35,066 nucleotides of DNA from Chiloscyllium plagiosum (Eukaryota): assembly GCF_004010195.1 (NCBI RefSeq), contig NC_057753.1, positions 3,217,804 through 3,252,869 on the forward strand, written 5' to 3'. The notes beneath the pieces were generated by a model, which had not been told where the DNA came from, searched no databases, and was given only the letters and a program-made list of their open reading frames with translations. Numbering within the stretch: the stretch's first letter is position 1; each line of letters starts with the position of its first letter. A program made the translations under genes and the position numbers. This document shows positions 21,135-32,564 of this stretch, piece by piece.

Positions 21135-21415
21135 GGGGCAGTGTGGTGGCTCAGTGGTTAGCACTGCTGCCTCACAGCACCAGGGACCCAGCCTCGATTC
21201 TGGTGTGGAGTTTGCACATTCTCCTCGTGTCAGTGTGGGTTTGCTGTGGTTTCCTCCCACAATCCAACGATGTGGTGATTAAGTGAATTGGCTGTGCTAA
21301 ATTGTGTGCAAAGTTTAGGGATGTGTAGGGTAGGTGCATTTGTCAGGGGGAATAGGTCTGGGTCGGTGTGGACTTGTTGGGCCGAAGGGCCTGTTTCCAC
21401 ACTGCAGGTAATCTA
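21135..21415 (+). mobile_element. HE1-type SINE
   Basis: tggctcagtggttagcactgctgcctcacag head, V domain and tail. Confidence 0.88.
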
Positions 21416-21816
21416 CGATTTGATGAAAACACAATTTATTTAAACACTATAATTAAAGTTCAAACAGAAGAAAAAGGAATTTAGAATAACTTAACCAAGA
21501 GAAAAGTTAACCGAATAATAGCTACAATACCTATTACTAGTTAACTGTTTCAATGTAGTAACATTCTCTAAGTTCACCCCTTGGCAAAAAGGCAAATTCA
21601 GACACAGATTCTTACTGAGAGTTGTAGAGTCCCACAGCATGAAGACAGGCTCTTTGGCCTAAACTGGTCTGGGCTGACCAAAATGTCCATCAACACTAAC
21701 CTGCACTCAGCCCATATCCTTCTAAACCTTTCCTATCCATGTATTTGTCCAAATGCCTTTTAAATGTTGTTATTGTACCCACTTCAACCACATCCGCTGG
21801 CAGCTCATTCCATATG

Positions 21817-23483
21817 CGATGTATTGAACAAATTTCGGTTGCTGTTAGGTCTTAATCACTTAGAATGGATTGCAGGTTTTGATTCATTAATATGTCGACC
21901 CCAGAACTTTGTTCAAGTCACATTCTCGAGATAACTTAAGGTTTTATAAAATAAATGGTGACATCTCAGCTCAGACAATGCATTAAAGGTGTGAGGTTAG
22001 AGTCTGGCTGTATTCCAACCTTGAGTTAGACTGGTTCTATTTCCAAAGTAGGAATTTATAAAATGTCACATGGACCGATCGCCTACAGATTGTGTGCTTT
22101 TTGAACAAAATAAAATGTATCTGCAAAACAAATCTTCAAATGCACATTCACTCCATAGACTTATATGTGTATGTGCATGAGGGAGCGAGAGTGAGTGAGA
22201 GAGTGTATGTGTGTGTGTGTAGGAGAGAGGTTTTGTGTGTGTGTGTGTTTGATAGAGTGTCTGCACAATTGTGATGGAATATATGCATGTGAGAGGGTGT
22301 GCGCGTGAGTGTGAGTGTACCTGTGTGTGTGAGAGCATGTATATGAGAGAGGGTCTGAATAAGTGCATGAGTGTGATTTTGTGTGTGTGTGTGAGTGTAC
22401 ATTGTAGTGGGGTCACCTGCAGTGTGACATGAACCTAAGGTCCCAGTTGAGGCCATCCTCATGGCTAAGCAAACTTGGTTTTCAGCCTCTTCTTGGCCAC
22501 TATGCGTTGTTGTGTATCCCAAAGTCTGCCTTGGAGGATGGTCACCCAAAGATACAAGGCCAAATGTCCTTGACTGCTGTCTGTGTTGTAGGTCGACTTG
22601 AGTCGATTTGTGATCCATACTCCTTTCGGAGTCTTTCAGTGACATTCGGCCTTAGATATGTGGGTGATCATCCTCCAAGGTGGACTTGGGGATATGCAGA
22701 GTGGCCGAGCAGAGGCTGATAGCAATATTCGGTACCCATGGGGCTGGCCTCAACCGGACCTTGGGCTGATGTCACACTACAGGTGACCGCACTACACTAT
22801 ACACTCTCTCACATACACAGGTAAACATACACACACAAGCATACTCTTGTACACAATCACACTCACACACTCTTTCAGACCACCTCTCATACACATGCTC
22901 TCTCAGACAGATAGAGAGACACATGCAGACACACACACACTCTTTCACGCTCTCTCACTCCTTCACATGCACAAGCGCAACACATATAAGTCTATGGGTT
23001 GAATTTGCATTTGCAGATTTATATTTCCAGATACATTCTATTTTGTTCAAAAAGCGGACAATCTGCAGGCAGTTAATACAAGCAGTCAATCCGTGCAACA
23101 TTTTATAAATTCCTACTTTGGAAATAGAACCAGTCTGACTCAAGACTGGGATTCAGAAAGACTCTAACCTCACACCTTTAATGCATTATCTGAGCTGTTA
23201 CGTTACTTTCTAAAATAAAACCTTAAGTTTCCTCAAGAATGCGACTTGAAACGACTTCTAGGATTTACGTATTTACGAATCGAAACATGCAAGTCATTCT
23301 AAGTGATTAAGATTTAACAGCAATCTAGGTTTGTTCAATACATCGTATATTTTGATCTTTTACTCTAAATTCTGTGTCCTATGATCCTGCCCCATGAACG
23401 ACCGAATGAAGGAGTAGTGCTTTGAAAGCTAGTGCTTCCTAATGAACCTGTTGGTCTATAACCTGGTGTTGTGTGATTTTTTT
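21817..23483. mobile_element. large family B PLE inverted pair (GIY-YIG C-terminus plus long 3' region), with (TG)n/(CA)n tracts
   Basis: 21817-22580 is the reverse complement of ~22645-23347. Both arms encode a decayed ...ILQG.L...EQRLIA.FGTH..GLN.DLG.MSHY terminus. Degenerate family-B hammerhead at 23403-23434. Confidence 0.8.
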
Positions 23484-23592
23484 AGAACTATAAAAGCAGA
23501 TGGTCCGGTGAGACAGGGGAATTAATTAAAGCAAAGAAGAAAATGATGTTTGAGCTAAACAGGTATTTTGCACCTGTCTTCAGTGTAGAATG

Positions 23593-23686
23593 TCCTGATG
23601 AAGGGCTTTTGCCCGAAACGTTGATTTTCCTGCTCCTCAGATGCTGCCTGACCTGCTGTGCTTTTCCAGCACCACTCTGATCTAGA
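23593..23686 (+). mobile_element. 94-bp family A PLE mini-insertion beginning at an intact hammerhead (core 23595-23622)
   Basis: 15-bp TSD CTTCA(G/C)TGTAGAATG (23578-23592 and 23687-23701). tc-CTGATGA-A-GGGC-tttt-GCCC-GAAACGTT-ga. Confidence 0.88.
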
Positions 23687-23934
23687 CTTCACTGTAGAAT
23701 GAACAAAAGGAAGCCCTTCAAAATCAAACGAATTAAAATAATTCAGAAACAATTGTAATCACTGGAGACAATATACTGGGGGAAAGTACTAGAACTACAT
23801 GTTGACAAGTCCTCTGTCACTACAGGATAGAAATCCAGCACAGATAATTCTAATTGTGGCAAACATAATTTCCACTGTCAAACTAGAAATGCTGACCACA
23901 TAGTCTCCAATTTACTGGTATACTTTTTTTTAAA

Positions 23935-24243
23935 TTTAAGTTCCTTACAGTGTGGAAACAGGCCCTTTGGCCCAGCCAGTCCACACCGACCCTCTGAAGA
24001 GTAACCCACCCAGACCCGTTTCCCTCTGACTAATGCACCCAGCACAATGGGCAATTTAGCAAGGCCAATTCACCTGACCTGCACATCTTTGGGACTGTGG
24101 GAGGAAACCGGAGCACCCCGAGGAAACCCACGCAGACACGGGGAGAATGTGCAAACTCCACACAGCCGCCCGAGATTGGAACCGAACCTGGGACCCTGCT
24201 GCTATAAGGCAGCAGTGCTAACCACTGAGCTACCGTGCTGCCC
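23935..24243 (-). mobile_element. HE1-type SINE
   Basis: Head, V domain and tail on the minus strand. Confidence 0.9.
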
Positions 24244-24379
24244 ATAAAACACTCCTTCCCCTGGATTTCAGCCTAATTTTCCTCCCCAGAAGGACGTGAA
24301 TCTTTGGTCCCATTTCACAGTCACCTACTGTCCTCCACAATATATCACCCAGTCTTTGGAGATCGTTATCAACAACGAA

Positions 24380-24745
24380 AACAAACAAACAAAAAAAAAA
24401 AACAGAAATTGATGGAGAAACTCTGTGTTCTGAACAAAGGTCACTGGACCTAAGTTGTTAATTCTGATTTCTCCCCAAAGATGCTGCCAGAGCTGCTGAG
24501 TTTGTCCAGAAATTTCTGTTTTTGCTTTTTGTTTCTAATTTCCTGCACCCACAATTCTTTGGGGTTTTTTTTGGTGCAAATCTTTCTATCAGAAATCGTA
24601 ACTCGAATTGACTAAAGGGGTCTGACAATCAATTCCAGTGACTACACACAGAGGAAGCTGAAAGAAAAACTCAGCAGCTCTGGTAGCATCTATTGAGAGA
24701 AAAGCAGAGTTAATGTTTCAAAGACAACGTGACTATTCTTCAGCA
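24380..24745. mobile_element. old PLE terminal-repeat remnants with degenerate hammerheads (+ at 24430, - at ~24709-24743)
   Basis: gttctgaacaaaggtcactggacct (family C) and rc ctgaagaatagtcac...gaaacattaac. Inverted arms aacagaaatt and aatttctgtt. Confidence 0.6.
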
Positions 24746-24812
24746 CCACTTGCAGGGACATTGTTCAATGTTTGGATCGTTGTGCACATTACCCTCTAGC
24801 ATTCCCAACACA

Positions 24813-25368
24813 GAGTCATAGAGATATACAGCACAGAAACAGACCCTTTGGCCAACTCGTCCATGCTGACCATATATCTAACCTAATCTAGTCCTATTTG
24901 CCAGCATTTGGCTCATATCTCATTAAACCCTTCATATTCATATATCCTTCAAGATGCCTTTGAAATGTTGTAATTGTACCAGCCTCCACCATTTCCTTTG
25001 GCAACTCATTCCTTACACGCACCACCCTCTGTGTGAAAAAGGTGCTCCTTCAGCCCTTTTAAACCTCTTCTCCTCTCATCTAAAACCTATGCCCATTAGC
25101 TCTGGACTCCCCCAACCCAGGGAAAAGACATTCTCTATTTATCCTATCTCTGCCCCTCATGATTTTATAAACCTCTATAAGGTCACCCCTCAGCCTCCGA
25201 TGCTCCAGGGAAAACAGCCCTACTCTACTCAACCTCTCCCTTTAACTCAAATCTTCCAACCCTGGCAACATCCTTGTAAATTTTTTCAACCCTTTCAAGT
25301 TTCACAACATCCTTCTGATAGGAGGGAGAACAGAATTGCATGCAATGTTCCAACAGTGGCCTAACTAA
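24813..25368 (-). mobile_element. CR1 3' fragment
   Basis: agagtcatagag tail; the same reverse C-terminal sequence as 1283-1662 and 12794-13157. Confidence 0.9.
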
Positions 25369-25479
25369 TCTTCTTATCTCTTGGCTAAAGTGGTCTCACA
25401 GCAATTCCAGTGACTACCCACACATACACAGAGGAAGAATCTCTGTTGAGAGAGGAATAGAGTTAACATTTCAAACTTC

Positions 25480-27330
25480 GAGGAGAAAGTGAGTACTGCA
25501 GTTGCTGGATATCAGAATTGAAGAGTGTGGTGCTAGAAAAGCACAGCCATTTAGGCAGCATCCCAGGAGCTGGAGAGTCGACGTTTCAGGCATAAGCCCT
25601 TCATCAGGAATGAGGCTTGTGGGCCAAGGGGGCTGAGTTATAAATGGGAGGGGACAGGGCTGGGGGGAAGGTAGCTGAGAATGTAATGGGTAGATGAAGG
25701 TCGGGGTGAAGGTGATAGGTCAGAGAGGAGGGTGGAGTGGATAGATGGGAAGGAAGATGGACGAGTTGGACAGGTCAAGAGGGCAGTGCCGAGTTGGAAG
25801 AGTGGGATCTTGGGCGGTGGGGAAATGGGGAACCTGGTGAAATCCACATTGGTCCCGTGTGGTTGGAGGGTCCCAAGGTGGAAGATGAGGTGTTCTTCCT
25901 CCAGGCATTGGGTGGTTAGGGTCTGGCAATGGAGGAGGCCCAGGACCTGCATGTCCTTTGCGGAGAGGGAGGGGGAGTTAAAGTGTTCAGCCACGGGGCG
26001 GTGGACTTGGTTACTGCAGGTGTCCCGGAGATGTTCTCTGAAACAATCCACAAGTTGGCGTCCTGTCTCCCCAATGTAGAGGCGACTACATCAGGTGCAA
26101 CGGATGCAGTAGATGACATGTGTGGAAGTACAGGTAAATCTCTGATGGATGTGGAATTATCCTTTGGGGCCTCGGACAGAGGTGAGGAGGGAGGTGTAGG
26201 TGCAGGTTTTGCACTTCTTGCGATGGCAGGGCAAGGTGCTGGGAGGGGAGGGTGGGTTGGTTTGGATCATGGACCTCACAAGGGAGTCGTGGAGAGAATG
26301 GTCTCTCTGGAATGCAGATAGGGGTGGGAGAGAAATACCTCCCTAGTGGTGGCATCAATTTATAGGTGGCTGAAATGGCGGAGGATGATGCGGTGTATCT
26401 GGAGGCTGCTGGGGTGGAAGGTGAGGACCAAGGGGGTTCTGTCCTCGTTCCAATTGGAGGGATGGGATTCAAGAGCAGAGGTGTGGGAAGGGGAGGAAAT
26501 CCACTGGAAGGCATTGATGATCATGTGGGAGGGGAAATTACGGTCTTTGAAGAAGGAGGCCATCTGGGATGCTCTACGGTGGAACTGGTCCTCCTGGGAG
26601 CAGATGCAGTGGAGGTGGAAGAATTGGGAATAAGGGATACCATTTTTACAGGATGCAGGGTGGGGGACGTGTAGGCCAGCTAGCTGTGGGAGTCCGTGGG
26701 TTTGTAGGGGATGTCCGTGTTGAGTTGGTCATCGGAAATGGAGATGGAGGGGTCCAGGAAAGGGAGGGGAGTGTCTGAGATGGTCCAGGTGAACTTGAGG
26801 TCAGGGTGGAAAGTGTGTGTGAAGTTGATGAGCTGTTCAACTTCGTAGTGGGAGCACAAGGTAGCGCCAATACAGTCATCAATGTAGAAAGAAAAAGTGG
26901 GGGTGGTGCTGGTGTAGCTGCGGAAGATGGACTGTTCCACATCCCTAATAAAGAGGCAGGCACAGTTGGGGCCCATGCGGGTGCCCGTGGCTACCCCCTT
27001 TGGTCTGGAGGAAGTGGGAGGATTGGAAAGAGAAATTGTTGAGGGTGAGGACCAATTCAACCAGACAGATGAGGGTGTCAGTGGAAGGGTTTTGGTTGGG
27101 GTGGCGTGCGAGGAAGAAACAGAGGGTTTGGAGGCCTTTGTCATGGCAGATAGATGTGTACAGGGACTGGATGTCCATGGTGAAGATAGGGCAATGGGGG
27201 CCGGGGAAACGAAAGCCGTGGAGGAGGTGGAGGGAGTGGGTGGTGTGCTGAATGTCGGTGGGGAGTTCCTGAACTAAGGGGGGGGCAGGGTGGTGTCAAG
27301 GTTGGCAGAGATAAGTTGGGTAGGGCAGGA
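25480..27330 (-). mobile_element. 5'-truncated Penelope-like retroelement (Neptune-type): RT, Cys linker, GIY-YIG and terminal repeat with hammerhead (25580-25607)
   Basis: MDIQSLYTSI, KGVATGTRMGP and YIDD (PLE RT). PCHRKKCKTC linker, HVIYCIRCT*CSRLYIGE, FREHL...VAEHFNS...LGTLQPHG. Frameshifted and with stops. Confidence 0.93.
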
Positions 27331-27399
27331 GCAAACCGCAGCACCAATTGCAGCGACCTTGTCCCATGCTGGGACGACCGCGCACACTGCCCCCTGCCA

Positions 27400-27805
27400 T
27401 CCCCACCATCTGCTCGTCCCAATTACAGGGTTTTGGAGCTGCCGCTCGGGTCATGGCGGCGTGAAGGCCCATAATGCACTGCGAGCTGGAAAGCGCTCCG
27501 TGCCTGGGACGGGCTGCGCCTGTGAAGACGGCGGAACCACCCGCGCATGTGCGCAATGTGGCAATTGCGTTTTTCCCTTTGTCAGCTCGCGCTTTGCATC
27601 TGACCAATGGAGAGCCTCGGATGACCGGAAGGGGACTGGTCCTCCAACCAATCAGCGCGGTCCTATTGTCTGAACGCGGACGTTGGACAATGAGCATTGG
27701 AAGGTGTCCCAGCAAAGATGCTGCTGAGCCTCTCTCTCTCTCTCTCTCTGAATGAAGATTGAGCTCCACCCAGACTGCAGCTTCCTCTGTGCAATAACTG
27801 TGAGT
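27400..27805 (+). promoter_or_regulatory. CpG-rich promoter with probable first non-coding exon and splice donor
   Basis: ATGGCGGCG (YY1-like, ~27453), GCGCATGTGCGC (NRF1-like, ~27543), CCAAT at 27604 and 27648, CCGGAAG at 27625, (CT)n, and GTGAGT at 27800 followed by T-rich sequence. Confidence 0.6.
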
Positions 27806-28080
27806 TCAACACTTTCTTTTCTCCCTATTTCTATTGATTTTCTCATTTTCTGGGGTTAATTTCTTTTTTAACCTGAAAAGCAAGGGAGTGAATCCAGCCA
27901 GGGGTCAGTGTCTGGAAAGGTTGGCCAAGGTCTCTCTGAAAGACATTGACATCCTTTGCTCTCACTGTTTGACCCATTTATTTGTCTAGGTAAAAGCGTG
28001 ATCTCGTTCCCAACCTTCGTTATTCAAGGATGTTTTCCTCAGGGGATGGAGAACATTTAAGGGGCCAGGAAAATCAACCA

Positions 28081-28406
28081 TAGAGTCCCATACAGTGTAG
28101 AAACAGGCCCTTCGGCCCAACAAGTCCACACCGACCCTCTGAAGGGTAACCCACCCAGATCCATGGCTCCTACCCTATTTACCGCTAATGCACCTAACCT
28201 ACATATCCCTGAACACCAAGGGCAATTTGTCATGGCTAATCCACCCAAACCTGCACATCTTTGGGTTGTGGGAGGAAAGAGGAGCACACGCAGATACCGG
28301 GAGAATGTACAAACTCCACACAGACAGTCGCCTGAGGCTGGAATTGAACCTGGGTCCCTGACACTGTGAGGCAGCAATGCTAACCACTGAGGCACCATGC
28401 CGTCCC
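28081..28406 (-). mobile_element. HE1-type SINE
   Basis: Head, partial V domain and tail on the minus strand. Confidence 0.88.
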
Positions 28407-28519
28407 AAAAGCATGTTGGTTCGTATTAAAATTAGTACTTGTACTTCAATAATAACTTCTGGTAGTATAATCTGGTACTGTAGCTGTGTTATTTATTTCT
28501 TGTCATAGTGTCCGCATGG

Positions 28520-31245
28520 ACATAGAGCTATAAAGCATGGAAACAGACCCTTAGCTCCAACTCATCCATGCTGACCGGATATCCTAAATCTGATCTAGTC
28601 CCATTTGCAAACATTTGGCCCATATGCCTCTGAACCCTTCCTATTCATATACCCATCCAGAGCCTTTCAAATGTTGGAATTGTACCCGGCTTCACTATCA
28701 TCTCCAGTAGCTTGTTCCGTATACACGCTACCCTCTGCATGAAAACGTTTGCCTCTGGTCCCGTTTAAATCTTTCCCCTCTCATCTTAAACTTTTGCCTT
28801 CTAGTTTTGTACTTCTCTACTCTGGGGAAATTGATCTTGTTACTCACTTTATCCATGCCCTTCCTGATTTTATAAACCTGCATAACGTTTATAAATCCCT
28901 ATAAGGTACCTCAGGCTCTGATGGGAAGGTTAAAAAGCTTCAGTGAACAAAACAGCCTCTTCAGACCCTTCCCTCCAATCCCAGCAACTACCTGGTAAAT
29001 CGTTTGTAGATCTTATTTGAACTCTTTCATGATTAACAACATATTCTCAACAGCAGGGAGACCAGAATTGAATGCAGTATTCTAAAAATGGCCTCACCGG
29101 TGTCCGGTACAGCCGTGACACGATAGCCAATTCGTATACTCGATCTTCTGACCAATGAAGGCAAGCATGACAAATGCTTTCTTCACCACCCGGTCTACCT
29201 GCGACTCCACTTCCAAGGAATTATGTACCTTGGTTTCTTTATTTGCCAACGCTACCATTAACTGTATAAGCCCTGCCCTGGTTTGCCTTGCCAAAATACA
29301 ACATCTCACATTTATCGAAATTAAACTCTGTCTGCCACTCCTTGGCCCATTGGCCCATCTGATCAATGTCCTGCTGTACTCTGAGCTAACCCTCTTCGCT
29401 GTCCACTCCACCGGCAGTTTTGGTGTCATCTGCAAACTGACTAACCATACCTCCTATGTGTATGGAAGTTATTATGGCAGTAATGTCGTTAACATAATAT
29501 TGTAGTGTAGGCCCGGGATCATGTTACAGGGCTCCAGTAACAGGTAATGGTGTTGCGTTGTGATAGGCTAGTTAAATTACTGGGAGATGAGCTAGTGCTG
29601 AAGATGATGCTGTTGTAATGTGATAGGTTAATGGCCTATCATATTACAATAGCATCATCTTCAGCATTAGCTCATCTCCCAGTAATTTAACGGGGGTAGG
29701 GGGAGGAGCCTGGGAAGACATTTTGCTGGCTCCCACAGCTTTGATTTTGCAAGATTTAAAGTTTCATTTTGTGAAGGATTTTCTGCATCTCCTGGTAATT
29801 TTTTGTGGAACATTGAATGATTCTTCCACAATGTGTGCACATCCAAATCATTTGTATCAACGATGAAAAGCAGTTGACCCAGTTCTGATCCCTGCAGTAA
29901 GCTGCTGTACACAAGCCTCCAGTCTGAAAAGCAACCCTCTACCACCACCCTCTGTCTCCTACCATCAAGCCAAATTTGTAACCACTTGGCTAGCTCCCCC
30001 TGGATCTCATGTGATCGAACCTTGCTAACCATGTCTTGCTGAAACCCATGTAGAAATATCTACCGCTCTGTCATCATCTATCTATTTTTGCCACCTCTTC
30101 AAAAAAGCTCAATCAAGTTTGTGAGACATGAGTTCCCACGCACAAAGCCATGTTGATTGTCCTAATCAGTCCTTGCCTTTCCAAGTACATGTACATCCTG
30201 TTCCTCAGAATTCCCTCCAACAACTTTTACCCCCCCACTGACATCAGGCTCACTGGTCTACAGATGCCTGGCTTCTGCTTAAATAATGGCACTCCATTAG
30301 CCACCGTCCAGTCTGTAGGCACCTCACCCATATCTATTAAATATCTACCCAAATGTAATCAAATATCTCAGCAAGGGGCCCAGCACTCTTTTCCCTAGTT
30401 TCCCACGGAGTTCTGGGCTACACCTGATCAGGGTCCCGGGGATTTATTTACCTTTATGTATTTTAAAACCTCCAGCACCACCCCTTTTGAAAGACAGACA
30501 TTTTTCAAGGCATCGCTATTTATTTCCCCAAGTTCCCCTAGCTTCCAAGTCCTTCTCTACGGTAAATACTGACACAAAAAAAATTGTTTAGCACATCAGC
30601 CACTTCCTGTGATTCCACACAGAGATGGCCTCGTTGGTCTGTAACGTGTCCTGTTCTCTCGCTTTTGCCCTGAATGTGTTTCGAGAATGGCTTTGGATTC
30701 TCCTTGACCCTATTTTCCAAAACTACCTCACCTTCCCTTTTTGCCCTCCTGATTTCCCTCTTAAGTATACCCCTACTGCCTTTCTACTCCTCAAGGGAAT
30801 CATTCAATCCCAGCTGTCTATACCTGATACTTGCTTCCTTTTTCTTGACCAGAATTTTAATGTTTCTAGCCATCCAGCATTCCCTGCCAGCCTTGCTCGT
30901 CACACTAGCAGGAGCATCCTGTCCCTGAACGTTTGTCTCATTTTTGCATGTCTTCCCCTTTCCACCTGTCCTTTTACCCGCAAACAGCATCCCCCAATCA
31001 ACCTTTGAACGTTCCTGCCTGACGCCATCGAAATTGGCCAATTTAGAACTTTTAACTTTTAGATCCAGTCTATCCTTCTGCATAACTATTTTAAAATTAA
31101 GACAATTAAGATCACTTGCTTTAAAGTGCTTCCCTGACCTGACATCGCAGTCACTTCCCAAGAAAAGGGCAAGGTTTTCTCTTTCTCTGATAGGTACATC
31201 CGCACATGGAATAAGAATTTTTTTTGGGACACACTTAACTTCCTC
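28520..31245 (-). mobile_element. long decayed CR1 (tail to endonuclease end), interrupted at 29461-29830
   Basis: Minus-strand FADDTK-encoding (rc of tttggtgtcatctgcaaac), QGSELGQLLF, KENPKPFSKHI; tail at ~28520. Confidence 0.88.
29461..29830. mobile_element. solo-LTR-like insertion (370 bp) with internal 57-bp hairpin
   Basis: 5-bp TSD ATGTG (29456-29460 and 29831-29835). Termini TATGGAAG...CTTCCACA (7/8 inverted match, TG..CA type). The host CR1 rejoins across it. Confidence 0.6.
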
Positions 31246-31249
31246 TTGG

Positions 31250-32380
31250 GATGCTGTACAGGATATTATTGAGGCCACTTTTGGAATACTGTGTATAATT
31301 CTGGTCCCCTTTCGAGAGGAAGGATGTTGTAAAACTTGAGAAGGTGCAGGAAAGATTTACAAGGATGTTGCCGGAGCTGGAGGGTTTGAGTTCTCGGGAG
31401 AGGCTGGGGCCGTTTCTTCCCTGGAGTCACAGAGATGTACAGCACAGGAGCAGACCCTTCGGTCCAACCCATCCATGCCGACCAGATATCCCAACCCAAT
31501 CTAGTCCCACCTGCCAGCACCCGGCCCATATCCCTCCAAACCCTTCCTGTTCATATACCCATCCAAATGCCTCTTAAATGTTGCAATTGTACCAGCCTCC
31601 ACCACTTCTGTCGCAGCCAAATGTTGAGATATTTGTGGGTGCAGACCATAGAGTCTGTTTCCATGCTGTATGAATCAATAAGCCTTCAATGCTGTGGCAG
31701 TCCTAGACTGTGCTGGGAACATTAAAATCCTCTCTCATTACACTCCTATTATTCTGATAGATGTCTGAGATCTCCTTACACATTTGCTTCTCAGTTTCTC
31801 ACTGACTCTATAGTACAATCCCAAAAAGGTGATTATCCCTTTCTTATTTCTCAGTTCCACGCAAATAGCTTCACTGGATATTCAAAGAAGAACAAAGAAA
31901 ATGTACAGCCCAGGAACAGGCCCTTCGGCCCTCCAAGCCTGAGCCCATCCAAATGTCCCCACCTACTCATGCATCTGTCCAGACACATCTTACATGAACC
32001 TACCATACCCGCCTCAACCACCTCTGCTGGCAACACGTTCCAAACGCCCACCACCCTCTGTGTGAAGTAGTTGCCGCGTGTATCCCCCTTAAACGTTCCA
32101 CCTCTCGCCTTGAAAGCGTGACCTCTCGTTACTGAATCCTTCACCCTGGGAAAAAGCTTGACTCTATCCACCCTGTCTATACCCTTCATGATTTTGTAAA
32201 CCACAATCAGGTCCCCCCTCAATCTCCTTTTTCCTAATGAAAACAGTCCTAACCTACTCAACCTCTCTTCATAGCTAGCACCTTCCATACCAGGCAACAT
32301 CCCTGCACCCTCTCCAAAGTGTCCACATCCTTTTGGTAATGTGGCGACCAGAACTGTACACAGTATTCTAAATGCGACCA
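31250..32380. mobile_element. cluster of short CR1 3' fragments (+ 31250-31425, - 31426-31610, - 31885-32380)
   Basis: VQERFTRMLPELEGLS on the + strand; [20 protein letters not shown]...FTQRVVGVWNVLP on the - strand. Confidence 0.82.
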
Positions 32381-32564
32381 TTCCCTGAGGAATATTCTCC
32401 CCTTAGTAAAGCAGTAATGTTATCCTTAACTAAAAATGCACTCGCCCTCCTGTCTTGCTCCCCTCTGTCTTCCTTTACCATGCATCCCCTGGAACATTAA
32501 GCTGCCAGTCCTATCCATCCCTGAGCCACTTTTCTGTAACTGTTAAGACACCCCAGTCCCATTC

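Noticed and set aside
21420..21620. Possible LTR fragments (also ~3975-4160 and ~4760-4920)
   Set aside because: No paired termini or TSD could be established from the sequence alone.
27290..27769. ORFs across the second CpG patch
   Set aside because: No recognisable domain, overlapping in several frames, and partly within PLE sequence and a (CT)n tract.
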